Shown: positions 40,701 through 49,841 of the stretch, piece after piece
Position numbering within the stretch: position 1 is the stretch's first letter
Layout: every line of letters begins with the position of its first letter
Origin: a virus
DNA length: 64,000 bases
IMG/VR virus record: IMGVR_UViG_3300045988_159943
Span: 32,309 to 96,308 of that record
Reading direction: 5' to 3' (one strand)
Notes under the pieces: generated by a model
The model's database searches: none
What the model was told of the DNA's origin: nothing
Seen by the model: only the letters and a program-made list of their open reading frames with translations
Position numbers and translations under genes: made by a program

Positions 40701-43700
40701 CGAAATCGTATCCGAAGGTTAAATCCCAACGATATCCATCATTGAACGCTGCTTGCTCATCATCAATGTATTCTTTGTCAACTTCATTGCCAAATTTTTC
40801 TGCAAAAGCGACTGCTTCCTCAGTAGTGAAATATGCTTTGCCATAATGCCAAAAACTATTTTTAGCTCGGTTATCGACCATAGTATATCTTTCAGTAAAT
40901 AGATAGTAGTAAAGCACTGAATCAACAACAAAATATTTCTTTAAATTAGCATAAAATTCTTCATCTGTTGAAGTAACAACGAACTTATACATTTCACGCC
41001 AAGCATTAATATTGACTTCACGTTGTTCTTCAGTAATACCTTTCATTTCATATCTAAATTCATAAGATGTATTACCAAATGAATTAAATTCTCCATCTTT
41101 ATATTCATAAGGTGTATATAAATAGTCATATGCTGTGTTGCCCTCTTTCCATTCTCCCACAGGACAAATTTCTTTGCCATTACCAGTCGGAAATTCAGCA
41201 AGAGGTACATTATAGTCCATGATTTCAATGACACATTCTCTTGGGTCTTTCTTGTCGTTAACTCTAGTATCATCAGTCTTTTTAGAATCTCCAACGTTAC
41301 CGAGTGCGTAATAATGCCAATTTGTATCCTGGAATTCACGGTGAGTAGCAATATCTTCGTTGCGTTCTCTGATGAACACTACGCAGTTCACAAATTCCAT
41401 ACAATCCTTGACCTTATTATCCTTAACTTTGGCAGAACGACTAAAGGGATTATAGGTATTATAACGACTTGCCATTTGGGCATTATTCTGATTTTCAGAC
41501 GATGCTATGTTCACCTTTACATTTAAATAGTCAGTCGGTACAGAGTCTCTAGTTAATGTAATTGTTTTACTCGTAGTTATACCATCACCAAGAGTAAATA
41601 GAGAAGTATCTCTGTCCATAATCAAGTCTAGATTTCTTCCAGCATAACCATATTCGTTAGAGGAGGTACCTTGACCAGAATGTTGTGCTCCGGTACAAGT
41701 CCAATTGTCTAGCACTGGGTCACCATTCTTATAAATCATTGTTACATTAGTATCTTCAACCTTGTTCTTCTTGTCATTAGTAAACCAAGGGGCATCAACC
41801 ATAATAATTCTTAAATCAGGACATTTTTCTGCAAAAACTTCGGGGGTTAACAAACCATTCTCGTCGTAAATTTGATTACGATTATATCTTGCGACCATCT
41901 CATCTGCATTTCTTGCATCTGCAATAAAGTTAGACAAGATTCCCCTATCGCTTAAACTTGCAGAATAAGCTTTCATCCTATAGATATAAACATCACAATC
42001 ATCACTACCAATAGTAATTGGCTGTGGCGTGTTCTGCATAAAAGAAGCGTCGGAGCTATAAATCATAGGTCTATTGCCAACACCATCTTCATATGTCAAC
42101 ACCATAGGAATATCAGTATCTTTATTAATATTGAACTCAAACTCAATAATATCTTCTTCGCAATAAGGAGAATATAAACTACCATTACTAGAGTAGATAT
42201 TTGCACTTTCAACTTTCATATCTAAACCAATATTATTATCTATGCAAGAAATAAATGAAGTATCTCTTTTCTTAATATTGGTAGTTTTAAACACTACTTT
42301 AAACTCTTTACCATTTCTCTTCGGATCATCTGCAAATAAATTATAATTAATAACCGCATTAGTGCCAGATTTAACGCAGAAATACTGGTCACCATTTTCA
42401 TCAATCTGATATCCTCCATTAATCCAGTCAAAATTATCAGAAACAGTCATAGTCACATCACCATCTGACCATAGCCTATCTGCGTCATTATTTGACTTAC
42501 CAGAAGGATTAAAATCAAACTCTAATCCTGCAGTAACAGGTTCAACATTAATATCAAGCTTTTCAACAGTAACGTTAAGAGTTTTAACAGTTTCCCTACA
42601 AGTAATAGTGAGTACGTGGAGACCAATAATATCTGTTTTATATTGCCACGTCTGAGTGTTACTATTTAAGGTTAAAGTAGAAATAGTCTCTCCATCAACT
42701 GCTAAAGTTACAACTGGACTTTCAGTCGTTGGGTCATAAACAGTATAAATAATATTAGTGGCATCATATTGTCTTGCTGTAAACTCTTGTTGCGTACATC
42801 CAATAACTGGAGCGTCATTTAACTCATCATACCAAATAATATCTTTATAGATATGATTTGACTCAACAATATTCCCATTAATCTCTGCAGTCATATAAAC
42901 TTCAAGCAAATGCGCCCCATGCGTCTGAGCAGGAATTTCATATGCCATAGGAATACCAGACACTGAAGTGTTTACTGTACCAATTTCAACACCATCGAGT
43001 TTAAAATATACATTCTTTGAAACTGCACCATAAGGAGTGTAATCAAAAGATACTTTTCCAATAGGATATGTAAGTTGATCATTAAAAGTAGATTCAATGC
43101 GCACATCTACTTTTTGAACTGTCCAAGTCTTAGTGACTAAACTACCAGCCTCATCAGTGATACTTAAATTTACTTTTTGAGTACCAAGAGTTAGATAATC
43201 GGTCACATCAAAAGAATTCTCACCAGCAATTGCTGTATTTGTTGCTACAATTTTACCAGCAACTTTCCATGTAGCTGTACCGTCTAAAACAGGGTCTCCA
43301 GACGAGTCTGTACCAGAAAAATTATATTTAATTATTACAGCGTCATTTAATGTTGCTACAAGTGGAGTTTTAGTCACATATTCAATCTTAAGAGTACTAC
43401 TTGTTGCAGAACCTCCACTTCCACCAACAATAGTAAATTTCTTTTTCGCTTCTTTTACTTCACTCTCCAAGCCTTCATTCTCAATTTCATAAAAAACAAA
43501 GACATTTTCTCCAACATCTGGGTCTGCTGCGTCGTTATATGCTACGTCATATGTTTTCTTAGGGGAAGTATCAATACTATCAATCGTTGATTGCAGATCT
43601 TGAACCACTGTACTCAAAGAGGAAATATTAGATGTATTTGTCTCTATGCCTGCTGTCTTTGAGTCTACTTCGACTTTTGTGTAATAGCCACTAAGGTCAA

Positions 43701-44814
43701 CTTCTACATTTGAAATTGCAGTGTCTACTTCAGACTTTGTATAAACATCTGCGCTCTTAGCATAATCTTGTAATTGATCAGAAACATCAACTGCGGCTAC
43801 TGCGCCATCTACGTATGTTTCAGTAGCTAAGCCATCAATACTAGGGATTTCCGTTTTAAGAGCATAGGCACTTAGGTCTTGGTGCTCGGTTAAATACCCC
43901 TTGTCATCAAGCTCTATTTCAGTTACATATTCATCTGGAACACTAGTGATGTACCCAGAATCATTTGTTAACTCACTTGTTTTAGTAGGAACATCAGCTA
44001 TTTTTGCATAATCAGTTAAATCAACTTCAACATTTGAAATTGCAGTATCAACTTCTGCCTTAGTATAGTAATTTCCTAGTTCAGCTTGTACTGCTGTTTG
44101 AGCTTCTTCTGCGGCTTGTTGGGCATCAGCAGCAGCTTGTTTTGCCTCAGTGACTTGTTGATCTACTTGTGCTGCCGCAACCTTTTCAGCTACAGATATA
44201 GCAACATTTTCTACAATCTCTTGTACCCAGTCATCACCAACAACTACAGGCTCACAATTAGGATCTTCACATAGAGATTTTATAATATTAAATTTATCAG
44301 TTGATTTTGATTTCCAACGATAACCATAGGATGTTCCTGTAGAATCAGAAATGCTACCATCTGCATGAATTTCAAATTTAATATTTCCAGATATATGAGT
44401 GGCATTAGTGTCAACTAGCCATGCAAATCTAATTTTATCAGTGCTATATTCTACATTAACTGGTTTTGAAGCAAAATGCTGTCCATCACTTGTTGTAAAG
44501 TGAATAGAGAGCGCCATATCAGCTAAATCAATACCATCATATCTTCGGGCCATCTCAAATGGAACAAATTGACTATTAGACTCTTGAGAAATATTAACTT
44601 GAGAATTATCTACTGTAATATTTTTATTATCATCAACGTATGATATTTTATCATCAGTGTAATCATTGAAGTAAGCATATCTACCAGTTGTATCTTTTGT
44701 AAAAGTTTCATTTGTTGCCGCAAAAGTCATTGCATCGTTAGATAATGACATCATCATTGGTACTGCGGCTTGTTCCAATGCTTGCTTCTTAGATTCTTCG
44801 AAAGAAAGTGCCAT
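37711..44814 (-). CDS. giant multidomain virion-associated protein (2367 aa): coiled-coil and fibre repeats, CotH-like domain, leucine-rich repeats, Flg_new repeats, C-terminal LamG/ConA-like lectin domain
   Basis: Uninterrupted ORF with RBS AAAGGAGGATTCTATG. CotH-like signature MVDNRAKNSFWHYG...GYRWDLTFGYDFDTCLG. LRR stretch LEYLDIRNVSGLNSVVDLSQCNNLLELH.... Flg_new repeats QYTVTF...FASW / YTVKYV...FDGW. C-terminal Laminin_G_3-like FVLAIDYS...FKLWYNNGIKLGW...TLVFGCG. Confidence 0.7.
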   Translation of the reverse strand: MALSFEESKKQALEQAAVPMMMSLSNDAMTFAATNETFTKDTTGRYAYFNDYTDDKISYVDDNKNITVDNSQVNISQESNSQFVPFEMARRYDGIDLADMALSIHFTTSDGQHFASKPVNVEYSTDKIRFAWLVDTNATHISGNIKFEIHADGSISDSTGTSYGYRWKSKSTDKFNIIKSLCEDPNCEPVVVGDDWVQEIVENVAISVAEKVAAAQVDQQVTEAKQAAADAQQAAEEAQTAVQAELGNYYTKAEVDTAISNVEVDLTDYAKIADVPTKTSELTNDSGYITSVPDEYVTEIELDDKGYLTEHQDLSAYALKTEIPSIDGLATETYVDGAVAAVDVSDQLQDYAKSADVYTKSEVDTAISNVEVDLSGYYTKVEVDSKTAGIETNTSNISSLSTVVQDLQSTIDSIDTSPKKTYDVAYNDAADPDVGENVFVFYEIENEGLESEVKEAKKKFTIVGGSGGSATSSTLKIEYVTKTPLVATLNDAVIIKYNFSGTDSSGDPVLDGTATWKVAGKIVATNTAIAGENSFDVTDYLTLGTQKVNLSITDEAGSLVTKTWTVQKVDVRIESTFNDQLTYPIGKVSFDYTPYGAVSKNVYFKLDGVEIGTVNTSVSGIPMAYEIPAQTHGAHLLEVYMTAEINGNIVESNHIYKDIIWYDELNDAPVIGCTQQEFTARQYDATNIIYTVYDPTTESPVVTLAVDGETISTLTLNSNTQTWQYKTDIIGLHVLTITCRETVKTLNVTVEKLDINVEPVTAGLEFDFNPSGKSNNDADRLWSDGDVTMTVSDNFDWINGGYQIDENGDQYFCVKSGTNAVINYNLFADDPKRNGKEFKVVFKTTNIKKRDTSFISCIDNNIGLDMKVESANIYSSNGSLYSPYCEEDIIEFEFNINKDTDIPMVLTYEDGVGNRPMIYSSDASFMQNTPQPITIGSDDCDVYIYRMKAYSASLSDRGILSNFIADARNADEMVARYNRNQIYDENGLLTPEVFAEKCPDLRIIMVDAPWFTNDKKNKVEDTNVTMIYKNGDPVLDNWTCTGAQHSGQGTSSNEYGYAGRNLDLIMDRDTSLFTLGDGITTSKTITLTRDSVPTDYLNVKVNIASSENQNNAQMASRYNTYNPFSRSAKVKDNKVKDCMEFVNCVVFIRERNEDIATHREFQDTNWHYYALGNVGDSKKTDDTRVNDKKDPRECVIEIMDYNVPLAEFPTGNGKEICPVGEWKEGNTAYDYLYTPYEYKDGEFNSFGNTSYEFRYEMKGITEEQREVNINAWREMYKFVVTSTDEEFYANLKKYFVVDSVLYYYLFTERYTMVDNRAKNSFWHYGKAYFTTEEAVAFAEKFGNEVDKEYIDDEQAAFNDGYRWDLTFGYDFDTCLGIDNTGKLVLTYGKEDVDYYVDGDPSSSYIYRAAESTFFCRVRDLFKSELQAMFVDRENANAWSSDSLISQWDKAQSQFPEEIWRLDIQRKYLRTYQGISIDNSIAGTANPRFLVEMLNGRKRYQRRMFERNQELYMATKYFGNKATQDQIMMRFNNPVGATVAQDFTLYLTPYSDMYIGVKFGNVSPVNFRAKAGVEYTVPYSIDADTADITLIYGASFIQAIGDLSKCYVGDNDFSKASRLQNLVIGSDVEGYENTYMTKITLGNNKLLEYLDIRNVSGLNSVVDLSQCNNLLELHAEGSGATGIIFSNGGKLERAYIPSVISLTMKNLNNIEVFEVASYDRLQTLIIENTPFINTYEVVNLADKLNILRLVGINWDANYNLQDSSVLDRLLSLRGIDNDGYETITSVITGSFHCAVIKQKQFESYQAAWPDLEITYNTLVTQYTVTFINQDDTVLDIQYVDKGTKPVDPITRAESPIPTPTLASTVSTDFTFASWDSEFVNTFANTTIRAVYSESVRQYTVKYVSNGNVLQETTANYGTIVTYTEELPTYTAEESAYKYYLFDGWDKSGYVNGDKTINAVYDSCEYNAGYFDGKDISTMRPVEIYAMIQLGLESQYVESKDTITVTLGNDVSYEDIQEKVLVSEPTNFNGSDYYIDTKEKLFDEDKDFVLAIDYSMTSTTNSSIFAQCYSDNGMSGFKLWYNNGIKLGWGTSSTTPSSVGNREMLVIRHVKGETGLHIYTSNVVSTTSSYVELTGSRIPIHNNTLVFGCGKADDGAYENYAAGTVYWSKIWYADLGDNICAKIADWPHEAFDFEMAGFKRYYLSDNTNKRCSMSFLASAPLSRKVSLSAESKNTGGWATWKLNAYLNNRIYNAFPEKWKQLMKQVKIKSSIGDQSLEVTTSDCYIAIPSAIEVDSTKNTDPYISEGSTIDYFTTQASRILYDKDGNAVTYWTRSPNKDNAYVWVVRTAGDMYGFIVPTQEYAVRIMFSI

Positions 44815-44853
44815 AGAATCCTCCTTTCTAAAATATTAAATCCTTATTAAAGA

Positions 44854-45078
44854 TTATAATTCGTGGGCTTGCCACTTTTTATATAAATCAGATATCAATG
44901 GACTCTTTTTAAATACAAAAACGAGGCAATCTCTTTTGGTATCAGTAAATAAAATATCTACCAATTCACTTTCTGCCCCATTTTGTAAATATTTATAACA
45001 TTGAATCATGTTCGTCAAATAGACCACATTATTATTTGAAGGGTCATAATGACGATTTAATATACGACTATATGCCAT
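44854..45078 (-). CDS. small paralog-family protein (DUF5659-like), copy B
   Basis: VVYLTNMIQCYKYLQNGAESELVDI...CLVFVFKKSPLISDLYKKW matches the family pattern. Confidence 0.45.
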   Translation of the reverse strand: MAYSRILNRHYDPSNNNVVYLTNMIQCYKYLQNGAESELVDILFTDTKRDCLVFVFKKSPLISDLYKKWQAHEL

Positions 45079-45140
45079 AATTCTTTTCTCCTTTTATTTC
45101 CCTTTTTATCTTTTTTCAATGTACTCACGTGCTGCACACC

Positions 45141-45185
45141 GAAAAAAATAAGGCACTAACTGTCTTGTAGAAATAGTTAGCACCT
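45141..45185 (-). terminator. rho-independent terminator after the zinc-ribbon gene
   Basis: 12-bp stem aaggcactaact/agttagcacctt (2-nt internal mismatch) with a 13-nt loop, followed on the minus strand by AUUUUUUUC. Confidence 0.5.
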
Positions 45186-45192
45186 TATGGTT

Positions 45193-45549
45193 TTATTCTA
45201 TTGTAACTACTCCATTTAAAGATTCTTGAATCTCTTCTTTAACATCTTCGGAAATATCTTCTTCGATGACCCCAGCTTTTACCCTGAATCCACGCTTGGG
45301 TTTTGTCATAATTTCTTCAATTTCGCTGCGATAATGATCATTAAGCTTAATAGATAAATCGCAAGTAGATAAAGCCTCACTAGCCTCTTCTTTAGTGATT
45401 TTTTTTAAATTATAGTCAGTCAATGCTTTTGATATATTTTTACAATTCTCACTATCATAAATTGTATACCACGTTTCTTTTTTTGCATCTTTTCGGCAAC
45501 TCGGGCAATATTCATATTCTTTACCACATAAAATACATTTTCTAGCCAT
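45193..45549 (-). CDS. zinc-ribbon protein (118 aa)
   Basis: CILCGKEYEYCPSCRKD motif followed by an acidic C-terminus. Confidence 0.4.
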   Translation of the reverse strand: MARKCILCGKEYEYCPSCRKDAKKETWYTIYDSENCKNISKALTDYNLKKITKEEASEALSTCDLSIKLNDHYRSEIEEIMTKPKRGFRVKAGVIEEDISEDVKEEIQESLNGVVTIE

Positions 45550-45574
45550 TAACTAACCTCCAATCATAAATTAT

Positions 45575-45612
45575 TTATATAAATAAAGAGGAGGGATGAT
45601 ACCCTCCTCTTC
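45575..45612 (-). terminator. strong rho-independent terminator after the major tail protein gene
   Basis: 10-bp GC-rich stem aagaggaggg/ccctcctctt with loop atgata, followed on the minus strand by UUUAUUUAU. Confidence 0.7.
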
Positions 45613-45622
45613 TCAACTAATA

Positions 45623-46384
45623 TTATTCAACAATAACCAGTCTATAAAGCTCTTTCTTGGTATCACAATAATTTTGCATTGCCATACCAGAGAAAGGATG
45701 AGTTCCATCAGTGGCGATAGACCAGTCAAAATCAGGAGAAATCTTGAAGTTGGGGAAGATCAGGTAAGCATAAATGAGCTTTTCCTGGTCGCAAACGTCA
45801 CAACCAAGAACCTCAAGAACCAACTCACAAGCATTAGGGAATTCGCTTGCAGAATTAACAACTGCAACGGCCTCGGTTGCATCATACTCGTAAACAGCCA
45901 TATACTGCTTCTCATCATCAAGTCCAGTTACTGTAGTACCCTCAAGCACAAATCCACCATCAGTGCCTCCATCAGCAGACTTCTTAACCTCGGCACCAAA
46001 AGAACCGTCTCCATTAACCTCATAAATCTTAACCTCATCGGCAGGGACAGGAGTGTGTGCGAGTTCGCCATTCTCAATGGAATCGAAAGCAGGAACTTCC
46101 TTAACGGCACCTCTAATAACGCCTTCCTTGCTACCAGCCTGAACTGCCATTAAGTTCATATCAAACAGAGCATTCTCTGCAGAAAACTCACAAGACTTTG
46201 CTCTATTGAACACAGCAATACGGCTACCAAGTGCATCAACAGCCTCGGAAGTCTCAGAAGTAACACTTAAAGAAGGATTGGTAACCTGATTGATTGCAAA
46301 CAGAACGTCTCCGGCTTTGCTCTTACCAACAGCACGAAGGATTCTATCAATAACAAAATTGTTCATATTAATATCAAAAGCCAT
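45623..46384 (-). CDS. putative major tail (tube) protein
   Basis: 253 aa. Its N-terminus (VIDRILRAVGKSKAGDVLFAINQVTNPSLSVTSETSE..ALGSRIAVFN) resembles siphovirus major tail proteins. The gene is flanked by terminators and sits downstream of the head genes. Confidence 0.55.
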   Translation of the reverse strand: MAFDINMNNFVIDRILRAVGKSKAGDVLFAINQVTNPSLSVTSETSEAVDALGSRIAVFNRAKSCEFSAENALFDMNLMAVQAGSKEGVIRGAVKEVPAFDSIENGELAHTPVPADEVKIYEVNGDGSFGAEVKKSADGGTDGGFVLEGTTVTGLDDEKQYMAVYEYDATEAVAVVNSASEFPNACELVLEVLGCDVCDQEKLIYAYLIFPNFKISPDFDWSIATDGTHPFSGMAMQNYCDTKKELYRLVIVE

Positions 46385-46421
46385 AATTGTTTACCTCCAT
46401 AAAATATATTTTAATTTTGTG

Positions 46422-46460
46422 CATAATAAAAGAGCTAGGTTTAATCTTTATCTAGCTCTT
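46422..46460 (-). terminator. rho-independent terminator overlapping the stop of ORF 46441..47187, upstream of the major tail protein gene
   Basis: 9-bp stem aagagctag/ctagctctt with a 13-nt loop, followed on the minus strand by UUUUAUUAU. Confidence 0.5.
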
Positions 46461-47187
46461 TCATCCAATTTAATGCGCTTTTGTCAATTTTTTTTGCATC
46501 TATCATACCGCCGTACATCCCATGAAGTAATGCGTCGGCGTTTGATATAACTTGAATTCTTTGTAAATCGTCCATGAATTCATAAATTCCCATTTTTTTT
46601 ACATAATCTTTTGTATATCCCATGCGAACTTTAACCGCAGATACCAACGGCGTTAGAAATGACTTATATGGTTTTTTCTTATTCAACTCTATATTTCTAC
46701 GGTCTTCCTCAATTAAAACTCGTTTTGTATGCTTATTAGCTGCATGCTCAACTTTCTTTTTAAGTCCATGTACTTTCCTTAAATAATTGACAATTCGTTC
46801 ATAAATTAACAAGTCTATTTTTAAACCTGTTTCCTTATCAACCATTATTGGAAGACCATTCTGAGGGTCTGGATAAATTTTTAATTTGGAAAAATCTATA
46901 TCTCCAAAAAGTATAGAGGTTGCCTCTCGAGGAAGAGTTGGCGCAAGCATTTGAAAAAGCTGAAAATCTTCGACTTGCTCATAATCAAAGCCCATATCGT
47001 CAAGTTGAGATTTCATGTCAGACGGAATCGCACATAAAGTATAAATCATTGTATAATACTTCCGCTCTCCATAACTTGAAATCTCTTCAATAGTTGGTTG
47101 TGAAATTTTAATATGCTCATTTATAACATACGGATCTCCAAAATATAATTGAAGTTGATCAATCTCGAATAATGAGCCCATGTTCAT
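46441..47187 (-). CDS. hypothetical head/tail completion protein (248 aa)
   Basis: ORF in the morphogenesis operon. Confidence 0.4.
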   Translation of the reverse strand: MNMGSLFEIDQLQLYFGDPYVINEHIKISQPTIEEISSYGERKYYTMIYTLCAIPSDMKSQLDDMGFDYEQVEDFQLFQMLAPTLPREATSILFGDIDFSKLKIYPDPQNGLPIMVDKETGLKIDLLIYERIVNYLRKVHGLKKKVEHAANKHTKRVLIEEDRRNIELNKKKPYKSFLTPLVSAVKVRMGYTKDYVKKMGIYEFMDDLQRIQVISNADALLHGMYGGMIDAKKIDKSALNWMKELDKD

Positions 47188-47728
47188 TCACCTTATCATT
47201 AATTCTTGGAGTTGGCCTACGTCTACCATTACTTAGGGAGTTTGGTTTTGTAGCCTCGAACTTCAATAGTCTACAAGAATAATTAGTATCCGTAATACTT
47301 TCTTGGTTATAAATAAGTTTAAATTGCAATCCGATAATGTTAGTGAAATTAAAAATATCTCTCACAAAATATCCCAAAAGATCATGCCGTGAAATACCCA
47401 GCCCAGTATCAATATCATCTGCATGACAAAAGATTTCAAATTGGATATATTGAGTTTTCATAACATCATTGTCACGAGCTGGCTCAATATCATCAACTGA
47501 AAAACAAATGAAATTTTTAACCTTGTCTAAAGTCCCAGGAATCCTTATAAATGGCAAAATATTTACCCCATAATAATCATCTGGGTCTGCCCCAACACGT
47601 TCAAGTTCGTCATTATGAAGATACTTAATTACATCGGCATCTTTACATAACTTTTCCTTAATTACACGCTTGGCAAATAAAATATCATCATCAATATTTT
47701 GCAGATCACGTCCCATTTCAGTTATCAT
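47159..47728 (-). CDS. hypothetical morphogenesis protein (189 aa)
   Basis: ORF whose ends overlap both neighbouring genes. Confidence 0.4.
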   Translation of the reverse strand: MITEMGRDLQNIDDDILFAKRVIKEKLCKDADVIKYLHNDELERVGADPDDYYGVNILPFIRIPGTLDKVKNFICFSVDDIEPARDNDVMKTQYIQFEIFCHADDIDTGLGISRHDLLGYFVRDIFNFTNIIGLQFKLIYNQESITDTNYSCRLLKFEATKPNSLSNGRRRPTPRINDKVNEHGLIIRD

Positions 47729-49104
47729 AAGCTATCCACCTCCGCTTCAATTGAAGCAGATAAAGTACCAGACGCATTATCTGCTGTAATAATCAATGTA
47801 TTGCCAATCATATCAAGAATAGAAAGACTACGTAGTTTTAAATTATTAGGTGTAGATGCATCATAAGAATACTGAATTCCAAACACATCTTTGCTATCAA
47901 GTTTGTACAATATTTTTCTATCTAGAGAAATAATAAAGTCTCCAGAAGAATTATCTGGAACTAAATTTTCTCCATCGTAGATAAAATGAATTTCACAAAC
48001 AGGTTTATTCGCCACAATATAAACAATCTTCCAATAGGGCTGATACTCTACAAATTCTTCATTTTGATAAAAATTCGCAGTATATGTTTTATAACTTCCG
48101 CCACATTTTAGATTTGGTTTCATCCCGCTAAATGAAATAATACTATTGTCGGCTATTTGTTCATCTGCGGGTGTATGTTGAACCATATCATTTGTGCGAG
48201 GTTGAAAGAAATCATAATTAATACCATGCTCCGTATCTGAAAGCTTGTCTGTTATTGTATTAACCCAAGATGGGTCATCGAGTATTTCGACTGCTTGTTC
48301 TTGTTTAAATGTTAATTTTGTAACACCGATTGGGGCAGTATCATCTCTCTTAGAGACTTCCCATCCCATACGATTATATGGATTATCACTAATTGTAAAG
48401 TGATGATTATATGTTATTGTGCGAGTATCATCATTAGTTGGCACCCAAGCCAACTTGGTATTTTCCGGTGATGTGGTCAAATAGTCGGTCCATACGCCAG
48501 AATTATACGAACTCTGAGTACGTGCTATTGCCCATGTAAAATATGAGCCAATATCCATATGAACACCCTCATAATTCGGTACATCATCATGGGATATATA
48601 CCACTTCAATAATAAATCACACTTTAACACATAAAATTGTGGAAATTGTGGACGGTCATCTCTTTGGACAATCATCCACAACTCATATTTTCCAAGATCA
48701 TTTGGTATAAAAACATACGCACCAACACGAATATTTGGATTCATACCATGCGCATTTGGTCTAAATTCTAAATACATATCTACTGCATCAGATTTAGAAA
48801 TGCTTAAATATGTATGCAACAACCACTTCGCATCAATAGGAGAAAATCCCTTAAGTTCTCTTGGATCATATTCTGCCCTGCCAGCATAAATATCTTTGGC
48901 TTGCTTATAGCTCCAAACGGTTTGTTCTGGGAAAATAGTATCTCTATCTTGAAGATAACATTTACGAAAAACTATATCTCTTTTAAATGTAGCATCCATA
49001 ATCATATCAGATTGACGTTTGAGCGCCTTTCCCATTTGACCACCCTGGGCCATCATTCTACCTTTAAAGGAATCAAACATCGGAATCACCTTCCTCAATT
49101 TCAT
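47725..49104 (-). CDS. hypothetical structural protein (459 aa)
   Basis: ORF; no recognisable motif. Confidence 0.4.
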   Translation of the reverse strand: MKLRKVIPMFDSFKGRMMAQGGQMGKALKRQSDMIMDATFKRDIVFRKCYLQDRDTIFPEQTVWSYKQAKDIYAGRAEYDPRELKGFSPIDAKWLLHTYLSISKSDAVDMYLEFRPNAHGMNPNIRVGAYVFIPNDLGKYELWMIVQRDDRPQFPQFYVLKCDLLLKWYISHDDVPNYEGVHMDIGSYFTWAIARTQSSYNSGVWTDYLTTSPENTKLAWVPTNDDTRTITYNHHFTISDNPYNRMGWEVSKRDDTAPIGVTKLTFKQEQAVEILDDPSWVNTITDKLSDTEHGINYDFFQPRTNDMVQHTPADEQIADNSIISFSGMKPNLKCGGSYKTYTANFYQNEEFVEYQPYWKIVYIVANKPVCEIHFIYDGENLVPDNSSGDFIISLDRKILYKLDSKDVFGIQYSYDASTPNNLKLRSLSILDMIGNTLIITADNASGTLSASIEAEVDSL

Positions 49105-49423
49105 CCACTAGAGAACAGGCATCAAGAATTGCCTTTCGGTATTTCTTAAAATCTGTCTCATAACGAGCTGATTCTAAAATACTCATTAGGCGTAAAACTT
49201 TTGCTTGCTCTCCAAAAAGATAGTTTAGACCATTGATACGTTGTTGCAACGAAACAAAATATGCGTCCAAAAATTCATAAGACTCCTCTTTATAAGGAAG
49301 TAGTTTATATACTGCACTTTGTAAATGTGCTTTTTCTTTATGTATCTGAGATTGAGGTATAGTACCATACTTGTATTTCATATGAGCACCTGCCTTAATC
49401 TTCAAAATAATTATTACCACCAA
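49073..49423 (-). CDS. hypothetical protein (start probably at the internal MKYKYG)
   Basis: ORF in the connector region. Confidence 0.35.
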   Translation of the reverse strand: MVVIIILKIKAGAHMKYKYGTIPQSQIHKEKAHLQSAVYKLLPYKEESYEFLDAYFVSLQQRINGLNYLFGEQAKVLRLMSILESARYETDFKKYRKAILDACSLVDEIEEGDSDV

Positions 49424-49832
49424 AATAGGTGTAATCTCTCATTAACTTTCTGGCTTCGGTACGTATCCCATCCCTGAGAGCCTTAAGCTCTGACAAATGA
49501 TTTGCTTGTGCATAAAATTTTTCTTCTTTTCCACCAAACATTTGTAAAGTGAGATTGACAGAATTGACCTGTGGTTCAAGCCATTCACCCACAACTAATA
49601 GTGCAAGAATTTCAATTTCTTCATCAATCAAATCAACGTTAAAAGTCCCAAGCTCATCATCGCGGTCAGATAAATCATTTTTACATTTTCTAAATTTAGA
49701 AATTGCACTCATCAACCACCCATGAAGCATCGCTTGAAGATCATCATTTGGTATTGTCGCCAAGTCATAATCGGTTATTTTTGACAAAGCCTTTTCATAA
49801 ATTTTAGAATATGGAGTTGCCATATTAAGCAC
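49395..49832 (-). CDS. putative head-tail connector/adaptor protein
   Basis: Small acidic protein (…DLSDRDDELGTFNVDLIDEEIEILA…) positioned after the capsid genes. Confidence 0.4.
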   Translation of the reverse strand: MLNMATPYSKIYEKALSKITDYDLATIPNDDLQAMLHGWLMSAISKFRKCKNDLSDRDDELGTFNVDLIDEEIEILALLVVGEWLEPQVNSVNLTLQMFGGKEEKFYAQANHLSELKALRDGIRTEARKLMRDYTYFGGNNYFED

Positions 49833-49841
49833 CTCCTACAA

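Noticed and set aside
37711-44814. Giant ORF as the tape measure protein, by its position after the major tail protein gene
   Set aside because: Its composition is beta-rich with lectin, LRR and CotH-like domains, and it lacks the helical A/K/E-rich character and TP901 core of tape measures. The true core motif is found in the 1-9265 ORF instead.
45596-46153. 185-aa plus-strand ORF
   Set aside because: It lies entirely antisense to the well-supported major tail protein gene, has no RBS and is low in complexity. It is probably an artefact of the open antisense frame.
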